The translations under genes and the position numbers were made by a program. From Microcoleus sp. (lineage in GTDB: Bacteria > Cyanobacteriota > Cyanobacteriia > Cyanobacteriales > Microcoleaceae), in contig JAYFMW010000017.1 of the NCBI GenBank assembly GCA_042408215.1, forward strand, positions 288,001 through 352,000: a stretch of 64,000 bases of DNA, given 5' to 3'. Positions 54,013 through 64,000 of this stretch are shown one piece after another; position 1 is the first letter of the stretch, and each line of letters begins with the position of its first letter. The notes below the pieces were generated by a model, which ran no database searches, had not been told where the DNA came from, and saw nothing but the letters and a program-made list of their open reading frames with translations.

Positions 54013-55168
54013 TACAGCGTATTCCAAGTTTATGAAGTGTAGTAGGGACAGGGATCCGTGCCCTTCTTCGTGTCAACTTAAGACTGAAAGCCTTGAGAAA
54101 TCTCGTTTTTACCTGAGTCTAGATCCCCCTCGCATCCCCCTTAAGAAGAGGGACTTTGAGAAGATTCCAGTCCCCCCCTTCTTAAGGGGGGCTAGGGGGG
54201 ATCGGGCTTTAATGCTCAAACAGCAGTCTGTGACTAGTTTTGACGTTAAGTTGACACGAAGAAGGGATCCGTGCCCTTCTTCGTGTCAACTTAAGACTGA
54301 AAGCCTTGAGAAATCTCGTTTTTACCTGAGTCTAGATCCCCCTAAATCCCCCTTAAGAAGGGGGACTTTGATCGAACTCTTATCCCCCCCTTCTTAAGGG
54401 GGGTTAGGGGGGATCGGGCTTTAATGCTCAAACAGCAGTCTGTGACTAGTTTTGACGTTAAGTTGACACGAAGAAGGGATCCGTGCCCTTCTTCGTGTCA
54501 ACTTAAGACTGAAAGCCTTGAGAAATCTCGTTTTTACCTGAGTCTAGATCCCCCTAAATCCCCCTTAAGAAGGGGGACTTTGATCGAACTCTTATCCCCC
54601 CCTTCTTAAGGGGGGTTAGGGGGGATCGGGCTTTAATCCTCAAACAGCAGTCTGTGACTACTTTTGACGTTAAGTTGACACGAAGGAGGGCTCCGTACCC
54701 TTCTTTGTGTCAACTTAAGACTGAAAGCCTTGAGAAATCTCGTTTTTACCTGAGTCTAGATCCCCCTAAATCCCCCTTAAGAAGAGGGACTTTGATCGAA
54801 CTCTTATCCCCCCCTTCTTAAGGGGGGCTAGGGGGGATCGGGCTTTAATCCTCAAACAGCAGTCTGTGACTACTTTTGACGTTAAGTTGACACGAAGAAG
54901 GGCACGGATCCCTTCTTCGTGTCAACTTAAGACTGAAAGCCTTGAGAAATCTGGTTTTTACCTGAGTCTAGATCCCCCTAAATCCCCCTTAAGAAGAGGG
55001 ACTTTGATCGAACTCTTATCCCCCCCTTCTTAAGGGGGGCTAGGGGGGATCGGGCTTTAATGCTCAAACAGCAGTCTGTGACTACTTTTGACCTTAAGTT
55101 GACACGAAGAAGGGCACGGTGGGGTGTCCCTAGGGGGATAGAACGATCGCGCGGTGTACTTCATAAAC
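54013..55168 (+). repeat. Array of five tandem ~212-bp MITE-like units inside the same outer IR as 431-765
   Basis: GTGTCAACTTAAG unit starts at 54070, 54283, 54495, 54707 and 54919; outer left IR TACAGCGTATTCCAAGTTTATGAAGT at 54013; truncated right IR GTACTTCATAAAC. Confidence 0.92.
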
Positions 55169-55239
55169 GCAGATAATTCTGATTTATCTGCATTGATTGG
55201 GGCTTATTTGGGGTTTTAAGTCAGGGGCGATCGATTGAC

Positions 55240-58200
55240 TTAAATTATCGTAAAGTCCTGCTGTCCGATCGCACCTGCTTGTATTCCTGTGAGCGTAACC
55301 AAGAGTTCACCAGTATTGGCAATCTTGATTAAAGTTGCACTGTTATCTTGGATGATACTGAGCCGATCGACTGTCAAGCCTCTTGTTAAAATAAGCACAT
55401 CTTCCCCTTGGGTAAAATCAGTAATAACATCGCTGCCTTGTCCCGCAGTGAACAAAAAGTAATCGCCGCCGCTTCCCCCTTGCAGGGTATCGTTTCCGAA
55501 ATCTCCAATCAGCCAGTCATCGCCAAGGCCGCCAGCCACAGAATCGTCACCTTTGCCACCGTAAACACTATCATTGCCTTCCCCGCCACATAGTTTGTCA
55601 GAACCGCCATTGCCAAACATCAGGTCATTACCAGCCCCGCCACACAAGCAATCTGGTTCACCGTTAAGGGCGATCGCACTTTCTCCAAAAATAGTATCGT
55701 CTCCTTCGCCACCACCAATGCGATCGGCACCGCGATCGCCCAACAGCAGATCGTTGCCAGTACCGCCAACCAGCACGTCATCGCCCTTGCCGCCGCATAG
55801 CGTGTCATTACCCCCGCCCCCAGAAAGAGTGTCAGCGCTATCTTCCCCATTCAGGAAGTCTTGGCCTTCCCCGCCAAACAGCAAATCGCGTCCTGTTAAG
55901 TCGGGGTGAGACGGGTCAAAACTGCCTCCAAACAAGCAGTCGTTACCCTGGTATCCCACCAAAGTATCATTGCCCTTGTCGCCCCAAATCAAGTCATCGT
56001 CTTTGCCGCCGATCGCCACATCATTGCCCTTACCAGCGAAAATGAGATCGTTGCCCGCATTGCCATTGAGGTAGTCATTGCCATTACCACCAGACAGCAC
56101 ATCATTGTCTGTATCCGGGCTAATCAGGACGCTGGACAGTCCCCCATAAATATTATCGTTGCCCTTTTCACCGATGAGAATGTCGTTGCCGTTCAAACCG
56201 TTGATAGCGTCGTTGAGATTGCTGCCGGTGAGGAAGTCGTCGCCGTCAGTGCCATTAAAAGTGCGATCGACCGAATTCGGGCCCGGAATCGAACTGATCG
56301 CGGGCAGGGTAATCTCTTCGCAAATGCAATCGCGATCGTCTGAAGTCTGTAGGGGCGGTCTCCCCGTGTCCGCCCCCGTCGGAGTCGGAGTGTCCGTTGG
56401 AGTTGGACTTGTTGGACTTGTTGGAGTCGGAGTTGTTGGAGTTGGACTTGTTGGAGTCGGACTTGTTGGAGTCGGAGTTGTTGGAGTCGGACTTGTTGGA
56501 GTCGGAGTTGTTGGAGTTGGACTTGTTGGAGTCGGACTTGTTGGAGTCGGACTTGTTGGAGTCGGACTTGTTGGAGTCGGACTTGTTGGAGTCGGACTTG
56601 TCGGAGTCGGACTTGTTGGAGTCGGACTTGTCGGAGTCGGACTTGTCGGAGTCGGAGTTGTTGGAGTCGGACTTGTCGGAGTTGGACTTGTCGGAGTCGG
56701 ACTTGTCGGAGTCGGACTTGTCGGAGTTGGACTTGTTGGACTTGTCGGAGTTGTCGGAGTTGGACTTGTTGGAGTTGGACTTGTCGGAGTTGGACTTGTT
56801 GGAGTTGGACTTGTCGGAGTTGGACTTGTTGGAGTTGTCGGAGTTGTTGGACTTGTTGAAGTCGGAGTTGTCGGAGTTGGACTTGTTGGAGTTGGACTTG
56901 TCGGAGTTGGACTTGTTGGAGTTGGACTTGTCGGAGTTGGACTTGTTGGAGTTGTCGGAGTTGTTGGACTTGTTGAAGTCGGAGTTGTCGGAGTTGGACT
57001 TGTCGGAGTTGGACTTGTCGGAGTTGGACTTGTCGGAGTTGGACTTGTTGGAGTTGGACTTGTCGGAGTTGGACTTGTTGGAGTTGGACTTGTTGGAGTT
57101 GGAGTTGTCGGAGTTGGACTTGTCGGAGTTGGACTTGTCGGAGTTGGACTTGTTGGAGTTGGACTTGTTGGAGTTGGAGTTGGAGTTGTTGGAGTTGGAG
57201 TTGGAGTTGGAGTCGGAGTTGGAGTTGGAGTCGGAGTTGGAGTTGGAGTTGGAGTTGGAGTTGGAGTCGGAGTTGGAGTTGGAGTTGGAGTTGGAGTCGG
57301 AGTTGGAGTCGGAGTTGGAGTTGTAGTTGGAGTTGGAGTTGGAGTCGGAGTTGGAGTTGGAGTCGGAGTTGGAGTTGGAGTTGGAGTTGGAGTTGGAGCT
57401 ACATCGTTATCTAAAATTGTCAAATTCGCCGTACTTTGCGATCCCACACTCCCACCGTTTGTGGGATTATTCAGACTAAGTGCAACAATCTCACTTCCCT
57501 CTACTAAGGTGTCATCGTTAATGGGAATCGTAAAAGTTTTGCTTGTTTCCCCGATCGCAAAGTTTAAAGTTCCTGATGTTGTCGTGTAGTCACTGCCTGC
57601 ATTAGCCGTCCCGTCGGAAGTGCTGTAGCTGATATCAGCCGCCACATTAGTGTTACTTGTCCGAGTCACGGTAATTGTGGCAACACCCCCGCTTTCACCG
57701 ATATCGTAATTTGCAGCACTAAAATTAAAACTGCCTGGGTTGGGAATATTGACATTAAAGCTTCCCAAGTTACTGGCTGCAACAAAGTTATTATTGATAT
57801 CGCTAACTTGGCCCGATTCGATCGCGATCGCATAATTCCCGTTGTCGCCCAAATCCCAACTGCCACCGGGCGCGGTAATTTGATAGGTAGCCGTGCGAAG
57901 AGTGCCGTTTCCAGCCGGCGTAAAGCTTACCTGTGTTGCTAATTGGTTAAATCCGGCTGGCCCAATCACCCGGATGTCTGAATTATCAAAACTGCTGCTG
58001 TTGACAGCAACATTGTCGCTGTAGTCTACCGTAAAAGTTTCTGTAGTGTCGCCAGCAACGAGAATATTGCTAGCAACTAAATTGGCAGCAACAGGTACGA
58101 TCGTATCGGCTGTGATGTTGATGCTGAATGTTTGGGCTGCGGAAGTGTCTGCGCCAGCATTGTCAGTACCGCCGCTATCGCTTAACGTCGCAGAGACAGT

Positions 58201-60438
58201 TGCAGTGCCACTGACATCGGTGGCTGGGGTGTAGGTAAGGTTCCCCGCTGAGTCGATCGCAGGCTGCACCGAAAATAGACTGTTGTTGTCGTTGCTAAGG
58301 TTAAAGCTGATGGTTTGAGTGGATTCGTCGTCAGGGCCCTTAGAGACGCTTGTGGCCCAGTTGTTGACTGTTTGCGATCCCCCACCTGCGATCGCACTTG
58401 AGTCGACCCCTTTCACAAACGACGGTGCATCGTTGACAGAATTAACGGTAATTGTAGCCGTCTCGCTGGCTGTACTGAAAGCTGCTAACCCCCCCATACT
58501 GCTAGCAGTCGAAATATCACCCGTCCCGCCGTTCGTGAACGTAGTAGTGGTGCCAGAGTTTGTTGTCGTTCCATCCCATGCCTGATAAGTGATATCGGCA
58601 CTGCCGTTGTAGTCAGCATTGGGAACAAAGCGGATGCTGACAGTGCCTGCTAGCAGTCTCGCTGCTGCTGTTGACGGCGTGCCGAATGCCGTCCAAGTCG
58701 CACCGCTATCAGTTGAATATTCCCAACTGCCGTTAGTATTCTCTGTCGCCGTGACTGCAATTCCTTGAGTGTCGCTGGTGTCGGGATCTGTAACAGCACC
58801 TGCAATTAAAGCAGAAACTAAGGTGCCGGTGTTGCTGGCAGAAGGTACATCTTCGTTAATTGCTGTTGGTGTCGGCGTTCCGCTGTTGTCGAGTACAGGT
58901 GCGTGGTTGGCTGCAAACGCTGCGAATGCCGTGGGAAGGGCAAAATTGTTGTCGCTGACAAGAATGAGCGATCGCTTCCCAGTTGCCGTCTGAGAAGGCC
59001 CAAATGTCATCCCTTCAAAATTGTTGATCGGAAAGCCTGAAGTGTTTGGAAAATCAGCAATCAGAGTTTTCGATACCGGTGTAATGCCAGTAACACCAGA
59101 AGCAATCAAGCCAGTATTGGTTTGAATGTCAGTCGCACCGTTTAAAGAAATTTGATAAAGCTTCAAATCCCCTGAAGGCGGTGTGGTCGATAAGTCGAGA
59201 AAACGTTCGAGAACCAGTAGCGTATTATCATCAACGGCCAGCATTTCTGAAATGCCGTTGCGTGGATCGGTGTTGTAAAGAAATTCTCCGTTTGCGGTGT
59301 TTGGGCCTAAGTTATATCTTAAAATTCGCGATCGCGCGCCCGCCGTTGTACCTGAAGCAAGGCCGTCTTGTTCGAGAGCATTTTCTGTTGCTGTAAACAG
59401 AAAACTTTGACTGGGAGTAATGGTCAGACTTTCAAAAGCTTGATTGTTGCGGATGCCACTGCTAGTATCTGCTGATACGTCGTATTTGGGAGAAGCAATA
59501 GGCAACACTAGGTTTTGCTGTCCCGTTGCAATGGCGAAGCTATTGATAAAAGGCTGGGTAGTTGTCGAGAAATTGCCTTCAGAAGAGACGAAGACATTAC
59601 CGCCGATGAAGCCAATGCCCTCTGTATCCGATGTATCTGCGGCAAAGGGAGGCGGATTGCCAATCTGTGTCACCGCTGTAAAATTAACTTGTCCTGGTAC
59701 TGGTGTCAAGCTACCGGAACTCACAGTAGGTATAGTGAGGGTGTAAAAGCGAGACGGGCCGGGACTGGCACCAGGAATATTCCGGCCGTCGGAGATAGCG
59801 TAGTAAGTGTTGCTGCCCGCGTAGGTAAGGCCAGACAGTCCACCTACCCGGGTTGTTGGTGTTCCAAAATTTGTATTTGCCGGAAATCCTGCTTGTCCCA
59901 AAAGTTGTAAACCGAACACAAATTGATAGGCGGCCCTTGTTGCAGGCTCGATCGCCAGCCCAGAAGACACCGCTCCCGTTGTATAATCTAGCTTCCAGTC
60001 TCCGCCTTTGACTGCGCTTCCTACAGGCTTCGTAGAAGCTGCGATGTTTGCCCTTATTAGCTGACTCAGTTGCTGCACAAAGTTAGCGCCCTTCTCCCCC
60101 GTCGCTACATCGCACCCGTACAGCAAAATCTCTGCACTGTCTGCCAGGGCTGCTGACCACTGCTGCAATTGCTTAGCATAGGTTCTTAAATTTGTCAAGC
60201 TTAACTTAGTTGCCCCTAGCTGCAAACTGCCAGGGCTACCGTGGGAGATGATATGAACGCTGGTGATACCGCTGCGACTCGCCAGCGCTACCGTGATTTG
60301 TTCTACCCCATCCCGCACCCCGTCGAGGGTAATTACTTCTGTCCCCGCTTCGATACCGTTGTGGAGAGTTTGGCGATCGTCCAGGGCTGTGTCGATAAAG
60401 GCGATCGAGGTGGATACTAAATCCATATAGTCTGGCAT
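55240..60438 (-). CDS. Giant secreted protein: DUF4347, esterase-like phytase-family domain, Ig-like, Calx-beta, Pro/Thr/Ser linker, RTX
   Basis: [22 protein letters not shown] (DUF4347); [33 protein letters not shown]; Calx-beta; GGxGND repeats. Confidence 0.88.
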   Translation of the reverse strand: MPDYMDLVSTSIAFIDTALDDRQTLHNGIEAGTEVITLDGVRDGVEQITVALASRSGITSVHIISHGSPGSLQLGATKLSLTNLRTYAKQLQQWSAALADSAEILLYGCDVATGEKGANFVQQLSQLIRANIAASTKPVGSAVKGGDWKLDYTTGAVSSGLAIEPATRAAYQFVFGLQLLGQAGFPANTNFGTPTTRVGGLSGLTYAGSNTYYAISDGRNIPGASPGPSRFYTLTIPTVSSGSLTPVPGQVNFTAVTQIGNPPPFAADTSDTEGIGFIGGNVFVSSEGNFSTTTQPFINSFAIATGQQNLVLPIASPKYDVSADTSSGIRNNQAFESLTITPSQSFLFTATENALEQDGLASGTTAGARSRILRYNLGPNTANGEFLYNTDPRNGISEMLAVDDNTLLVLERFLDLSTTPPSGDLKLYQISLNGATDIQTNTGLIASGVTGITPVSKTLIADFPNTSGFPINNFEGMTFGPSQTATGKRSLILVSDNNFALPTAFAAFAANHAPVLDNSGTPTPTAINEDVPSASNTGTLVSALIAGAVTDPDTSDTQGIAVTATENTNGSWEYSTDSGATWTAFGTPSTAAARLLAGTVSIRFVPNADYNGSADITYQAWDGTTTNSGTTTTFTNGGTGDISTASSMGGLAAFSTASETATITVNSVNDAPSFVKGVDSSAIAGGGSQTVNNWATSVSKGPDDESTQTISFNLSNDNNSLFSVQPAIDSAGNLTYTPATDVSGTATVSATLSDSGGTDNAGADTSAAQTFSINITADTIVPVAANLVASNILVAGDTTETFTVDYSDNVAVNSSSFDNSDIRVIGPAGFNQLATQVSFTPAGNGTLRTATYQITAPGGSWDLGDNGNYAIAIESGQVSDINNNFVAASNLGSFNVNIPNPGSFNFSAANYDIGESGGVATITVTRTSNTNVAADISYSTSDGTANAGSDYTTTSGTLNFAIGETSKTFTIPINDDTLVEGSEIVALSLNNPTNGGSVGSQSTANLTILDNDVAPTPTPTPTPTPTPTPTPTPTPTPTTTPTPTPTPTPTPTPTPTPTPTPTPTPTPTPTPTPTPTPTPTPTPTTPTPTPTSPTPTSPTPTSPTPTSPTPTTPTPTSPTPTSPTPTSPTPTSPTPTSPTPTSPTPTSPTPTTPTSTSPTTPTTPTSPTPTSPTPTSPTPTSPTPTSPTPTTPTSTSPTTPTTPTSPTPTSPTPTSPTPTSPTPTSPTPTTPTSPTSPTPTSPTPTSPTPTSPTPTSPTPTTPTPTSPTPTSPTPTSPTPTSPTPTSPTPTSPTPTSPTPTSPTPTSPTPTTPTPTSPTPTTPTPTSPTPTSPTPTTPTPTSPTSPTPTDTPTPTGADTGRPPLQTSDDRDCICEEITLPAISSIPGPNSVDRTFNGTDGDDFLTGSNLNDAINGLNGNDILIGEKGNDNIYGGLSSVLISPDTDNDVLSGGNGNDYLNGNAGNDLIFAGKGNDVAIGGKDDDLIWGDKGNDTLVGYQGNDCLFGGSFDPSHPDLTGRDLLFGGEGQDFLNGEDSADTLSGGGGNDTLCGGKGDDVLVGGTGNDLLLGDRGADRIGGGEGDDTIFGESAIALNGEPDCLCGGAGNDLMFGNGGSDKLCGGEGNDSVYGGKGDDSVAGGLGDDWLIGDFGNDTLQGGSGGDYFLFTAGQGSDVITDFTQGEDVLILTRGLTVDRLSIIQDNSATLIKIANTGELLVTLTGIQAGAIGQQDFTII

Positions 60439-60718
60439 AATATACTTGAAGGTAGATGAAAATACGGAAACTAATGCCTGTCCAATTTAGCAAATTTATA
60501 AGAAATACCCTGAAAACCCTGTGACTTTAGTCCAGGGATGAAAGGGCGTGGCAGGATTTATCCTGCCTGTTCGTAAGTTTCAATATAACATAATGTTTAA
60601 CCGTCCCCGGACAAATACTTCTAGCAATTGAGACCAAGGTAAAGATTTGTTGAGGATTAATTAACTTGTTAATTCACGATCTATACTAAACCTAGTGTCA
60701 CCATAGCCAGTAATTTCA

Positions 60719-61936
60719 ATGTACGCAGTACAAAAAGATGTTTGGCATTTAAAAGTACTCGACAAAACCATTGTCGAACAACTCTTGAGATGGTCAAATA
60801 ATCTGTTTAATGTCGGAACTTACGAAAGTCGGCAACGATACTTTAAGAACCAAATCGCAGTTAAATATCCAGATTTGTATAAAATAGCCAAAACCAACGA
60901 AAATTATGGGTTACTATACTCTCAAGTTGCCCAACAATCTCTTAAATCTGTCGCAGAATCTTTTACTTCTTTCCGAGCCTTAGAGAAGTTGGCAAATCAA
61001 GGAGAAATCCATCAAAAACCGAGACTACCAAGGTACAGAACAAAAGGGGGAATGTACCCCGTTTCATATCCCGGTCAAGCATTAAAGGTAATTGGAAATA
61101 AAGTCAGATTACCCCTAGGGAAAAAAGGAAAAGAATACTTTGGGAAAGATGCGATTTGGGTTCCACTACCTGAACGTATCAAGAATTGCCAGATCAAAGA
61201 ACTCAGGTTAATCCCTAGAAATGGTGAGGTCTGGGTCGAATATGTCCACGAATCTCTGACTGAGCAAGCTCCTAGTTGTAGCTTGGAAGTGACAGGGGTT
61301 CTGGGAATAGATCATGGCATCAATAACTGGTTAACTTGTGTCTCTAGCAATGGTAAACCTTTCATCATTGATGGACATAGACTCAAGTCTTGGAACCAAT
61401 GGTTTAACAAAGAAAAAGCGAGAGTTCAATCAGAACACGCAATACATAAATTACCCAAAGGTTTCTCGTCAAAAAGATTGCAGCAGTTGTCGGAAATTCG
61501 CACTAGAAGGATGAGAGATGCTGTCAACAAAGCAGTTAGAACCATCGTAGATTATTGCGAAAATCACCAAATCAATGTCTTAGTCTTTGGCTGGAACAAG
61601 GCACAGAAGCAAGAGGTTAATATGGGGGTCGTAACTAATCAGAATTTTGTCCAAATACCCACAGCTAAAGTCAAAGATAGACTCCAGCAAGAATGCGACT
61701 TAAGAGGGTGGCGATTTGTTGAACAAGATGAATCTTACACATCAAAAGCAAGTTTTTTAGACCGAGACATTTTGCCAGTAAAAGTCGGTGAAAAACCTGA
61801 CAATTGGCAACCATCGGGTAAAAGAATCAAAAGAGGATTGTACTGTTCTAGCGCTGGGTTGTTAATCAATGCAGACGTTAACGGTGCAGCTAATATCATT
61901 AGAAAGTCAATCATTTGCCATAGACTCAATTCTTGA
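60719..61936 (+). CDS. tnpB: RNA-guided endonuclease TnpB (close paralog of 10249-11475)
   Basis: GIDHG, QDESYTSKAS, NADVNGAANI. Confidence 0.92.
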   Translation: MYAVQKDVWHLKVLDKTIVEQLLRWSNNLFNVGTYESRQRYFKNQIAVKYPDLYKIAKTNENYGLLYSQVAQQSLKSVAESFTSFRALEKLANQGEIHQKPRLPRYRTKGGMYPVSYPGQALKVIGNKVRLPLGKKGKEYFGKDAIWVPLPERIKNCQIKELRLIPRNGEVWVEYVHESLTEQAPSCSLEVTGVLGIDHGINNWLTCVSSNGKPFIIDGHRLKSWNQWFNKEKARVQSEHAIHKLPKGFSSKRLQQLSEIRTRRMRDAVNKAVRTIVDYCENHQINVLVFGWNKAQKQEVNMGVVTNQNFVQIPTAKVKDRLQQECDLRGWRFVEQDESYTSKASFLDRDILPVKVGEKPDNWQPSGKRIKRGLYCSSAGLLINADVNGAANIIRKSIICHRLNS

Positions 61937-62048
61937 GCGAGTGGGTAGTGGGTTGCTGACTAATCCTTTAAGAATTAAACTTTGGGCGGATTCATCCCCC
62001 AAAGTTTGTCCTTAAGAATCCCCGTGTCTTTAGACCGGGGAGTGTCAA
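61935..62048 (+). ncRNA. Predicted TnpB right-end (omega/re) RNA scaffold
   Basis: Conserved with 10137-10250, including the hairpins. Confidence 0.6.
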
Positions 62049-62338
62049 AATTCAAGTGTCACCGGTAAAATTAAGCATCAAGGGTGAATAATAGTAATTT
62101 TTTGTGAAGAGGTAACAGATGAATCTTATACAGGCGATTTAAGCAACGGAGGATACGGCAGTGCCGTTTCCCTACTCCCCAATAATCGTAGTACGGGCGA
62201 GGGCGATGAACTATCGCCGCATCAATTGTAGGGATACGGCACTGCCGTTTCCTAACTATCGATCGCATTAATTCCGATGCCATCGGATTTGAGATAATTC
62301 ATTTAAATAACGACAATTATTGCACAAAAATCGTTTTT

Positions 62339-63031
62339 TTAGGGTTCCATCGCCAAAAGTTCTTCTGCTACCAATCCTTTCTGAATCGCGAGTACAGCAG
62401 CTTGAGTGCGATCGCGCACTTCTAACTTTTGCAAAATCGCGTGAACGTGAACTCGCACTGTCCCCGGAGCAATATACAATATTTGAGCAATTTCCTGATT
62501 GCTTTTTCCCCCCGCAACTAAAGCTAATATTTCCTGTTCCCGCTTCGTCAACGGATTCTCCAAAACTTCTGATTTTGACCCAACTTTAACAGGTTCAGGA
62601 TTAGTAAAAACCGCCATAATTTCCGCAGTTGCCGCCTTATCCCACCACGAAGCGCCCGCCGCTACCGAGCGAATTGCCAAAACCAAAGTTTCCGCCGCAA
62701 TTCCCTTGAGACAATATCCTTGGGCCCCCGCCGCAATCAATCTTTCAATTAAGGATTTTTGAGAATGAGATGTTAAAATCAAAACTGGAATTAATGGATG
62801 TCGCTGTTTAATTTGGCGGCAAGCTTCAAGGCCGCCAATTCCCGGCAAACCGACATCTAGAACCACCACATCCGGCAAATGTTCCTGAGTCAATTCTACC
62901 GCTGTTTCGCCATCTTCTGCTTCAGCAATTATTTGCAAGCAACTTTCTTGCTGCAATCTGGTTTGCAGCCCTAACCGAAACAGTTCGTCGTCTTCAACTA
63001 GGAGAATTCGCAAGGGATAAGCTGGTTTCAT
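62339..63031 (-). CDS. NarL/LuxR-family response regulator
   Basis: ILLVEDD, VVVLDVGLP, LTKREQEILAL...SNQEIA HTH. Confidence 0.95.
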   Translation of the reverse strand: MKPAYPLRILLVEDDELFRLGLQTRLQQESCLQIIAEAEDGETAVELTQEHLPDVVVLDVGLPGIGGLEACRQIKQRHPLIPVLILTSHSQKSLIERLIAAGAQGYCLKGIAAETLVLAIRSVAAGASWWDKAATAEIMAVFTNPEPVKVGSKSEVLENPLTKREQEILALVAGGKSNQEIAQILYIAPGTVRVHVHAILQKLEVRDRTQAAVLAIQKGLVAEELLAMEP

Positions 63032-64000
63032 TTCTCTGGGATTGCAGGGAGTCGGAATCCAAATAAAGCGCCGTGGGGCAATTTATTTTCTGCCCAAATT
63101 ATACCGCCGTGGGCGTCAATAATTTGGCGAGATAAGTATAAACCCAATCCCGATCCTTTGGCTTGTCGATCGCCATTTCCTTGATAAAAACGCTCGAACA
63201 AGTGGGGCAGTTCCTCTGCTGTAATTCCTAACCCGCTATCAATCACTTTCACAATTTGATAACTCGAATAAGATTCCATGACTATTTCTACTTTACCACC
63301 GCGAGGAGAATGGTTAATCCCATTTGTCAGCAAATTAGCAAAAACGCGCTGGAGTTGCAAAGCATCGCCTTTTACCCACAAAGAGCGGCGGAAATCTGAC
63401 TCTCCGTAACTCATATTAATGTAAACTCGGCGCGCCGCCGATAAATCTATCATAGTTGCAATTACTTCTTCTGCCAAAGCAACTAAATTTAGGGGGGAAA
63501 GTTGCAGTTTTAAACCTTCGGTATCGTTGCGGTAAACATCCAGCAGCGTTTCCACTAATTGTAATGTCATTTTGTGCGATCGCGCCATTGTTTCCAAAAC
63601 TTTTTGCTGAGTAGAAGTCACATCCCCAAATTTAGCCTGTTTAAAAGCTTTAATAGTCTCGATCGCGCCCAGCATTGGCGTTTTCAGATCGTGACTCAAA
63701 GTAGACACAAAATCTTCTCGGATGCTAGCTAACTGCTGCTGAGACTGCAATTGCGCTTTGGTTTGGGCGATCGCCTCTTCATACTGCTGGTTGCGATCGC
63801 TCAAATATCCCGTCACCCCCAAAGCCATCACGGCGATCGATCTATTGGCGACTGTCGCTAAGGCGATCGTTTCTCCATGAGGAACAAACAAATTTAACAG
63901 CGTCAATGTTGCTGCTACCAGCGTAATTTGTAACTTTCCCAACCGACTCAGGCGCGAATTTGCCAGTAAAATCGGCCCCGTATACAAGTATCCAAATAGA
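63028..64000 (-). CDS. Membrane sensor histidine kinase (5' end probably outside the window)
   Basis: STLSHDLKTP H-box, NLLTNGINHS, DSGLG, GSGLGL; overlaps the regulator start. Confidence 0.93.
   Translation of the reverse strand, partial: LFGYLYTGPILLANSRLSRLGKLQITLVAATLTLLNLFVPHGETIALATVANRSIAVMALGVTGYLSDRNQQYEEAIAQTKAQLQSQQQLASIREDFVSTLSHDLKTPMLGAIETIKAFKQAKFGDVTSTQQKVLETMARSHKMTLQLVETLLDVYRNDTEGLKLQLSPLNLVALAEEVIATMIDLSAARRVYINMSYGESDFRRSLWVKGDALQLQRVFANLLTNGINHSPRGGKVEIVMESYSSYQIVKVIDSGLGITAEELPHLFERFYQGNGDRQAKGSGLGLYLSRQIIDAHGGIIWAENKLPHGALFGFRLPAIPEK

Larger units (their letters stand above)
60500..62048 (+). mobile_element. IS200/IS605-family element with tnpB only, copy B
   Basis: TTTAT at 60495-60499, then a left end matching copy A; right end CCCCGTGTCTTTAGACCGGGGAGTGTCAA. 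Confidence 0.87.

Noticed and set aside
54013..55168. CRISPR array
   Set aside because: Units are ~212 bp and nearly identical, with no unique spacers and no cas genes.
60688..60702. Self-targeting of the copy B guide to its own leader (AAACCTAGTGTCACC versus AATTCAAGTGTCACC)
   Set aside because: Mismatches fall in the seed and there is no adjacent TTTAT; probably chance.

Overview
Chromosomal window from a filamentous cyanobacterium (Oscillatoriales/Microcoleus-like, inferred from abundant HIP1 GCGATCGC, heptamer STRR tracts and gene content). Housekeeping genes (ilvC, mnmE, ppx, plqA/ubiA, wecB, C-terminal protease, pseudouridine synthase, YdiU/SelO, GH116, gamma-CA, a two-component pair) are mixed with three giant RTX-type secreted proteins, three IS200/IS605 tnpB elements, an IS5 element with debris, two sulfotransferase genes and many nested palindromic repeats. 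The most interesting locus is 26.3-32.1 kb. It holds an HTH-like/DUF1822/CHAT-protease-WD40 operon, an unannotated 59-aa secreted Cys-loop peptide gene (29755-29934, below the ORF-track cutoff), an HTH-TPR protein and a sigma-70-like protein. Together these suggest a peptide-signalling/proteolytic regulatory module; that link is inference. Also notable: a tandem pseudokinase/kinase TPR receptor pair, nested repeats including a 5x212-bp array, repeat insertions in frame inside a GH116 gene, and a possible IS5 composite element. All family calls are by motif recognition only; no database searches were run.
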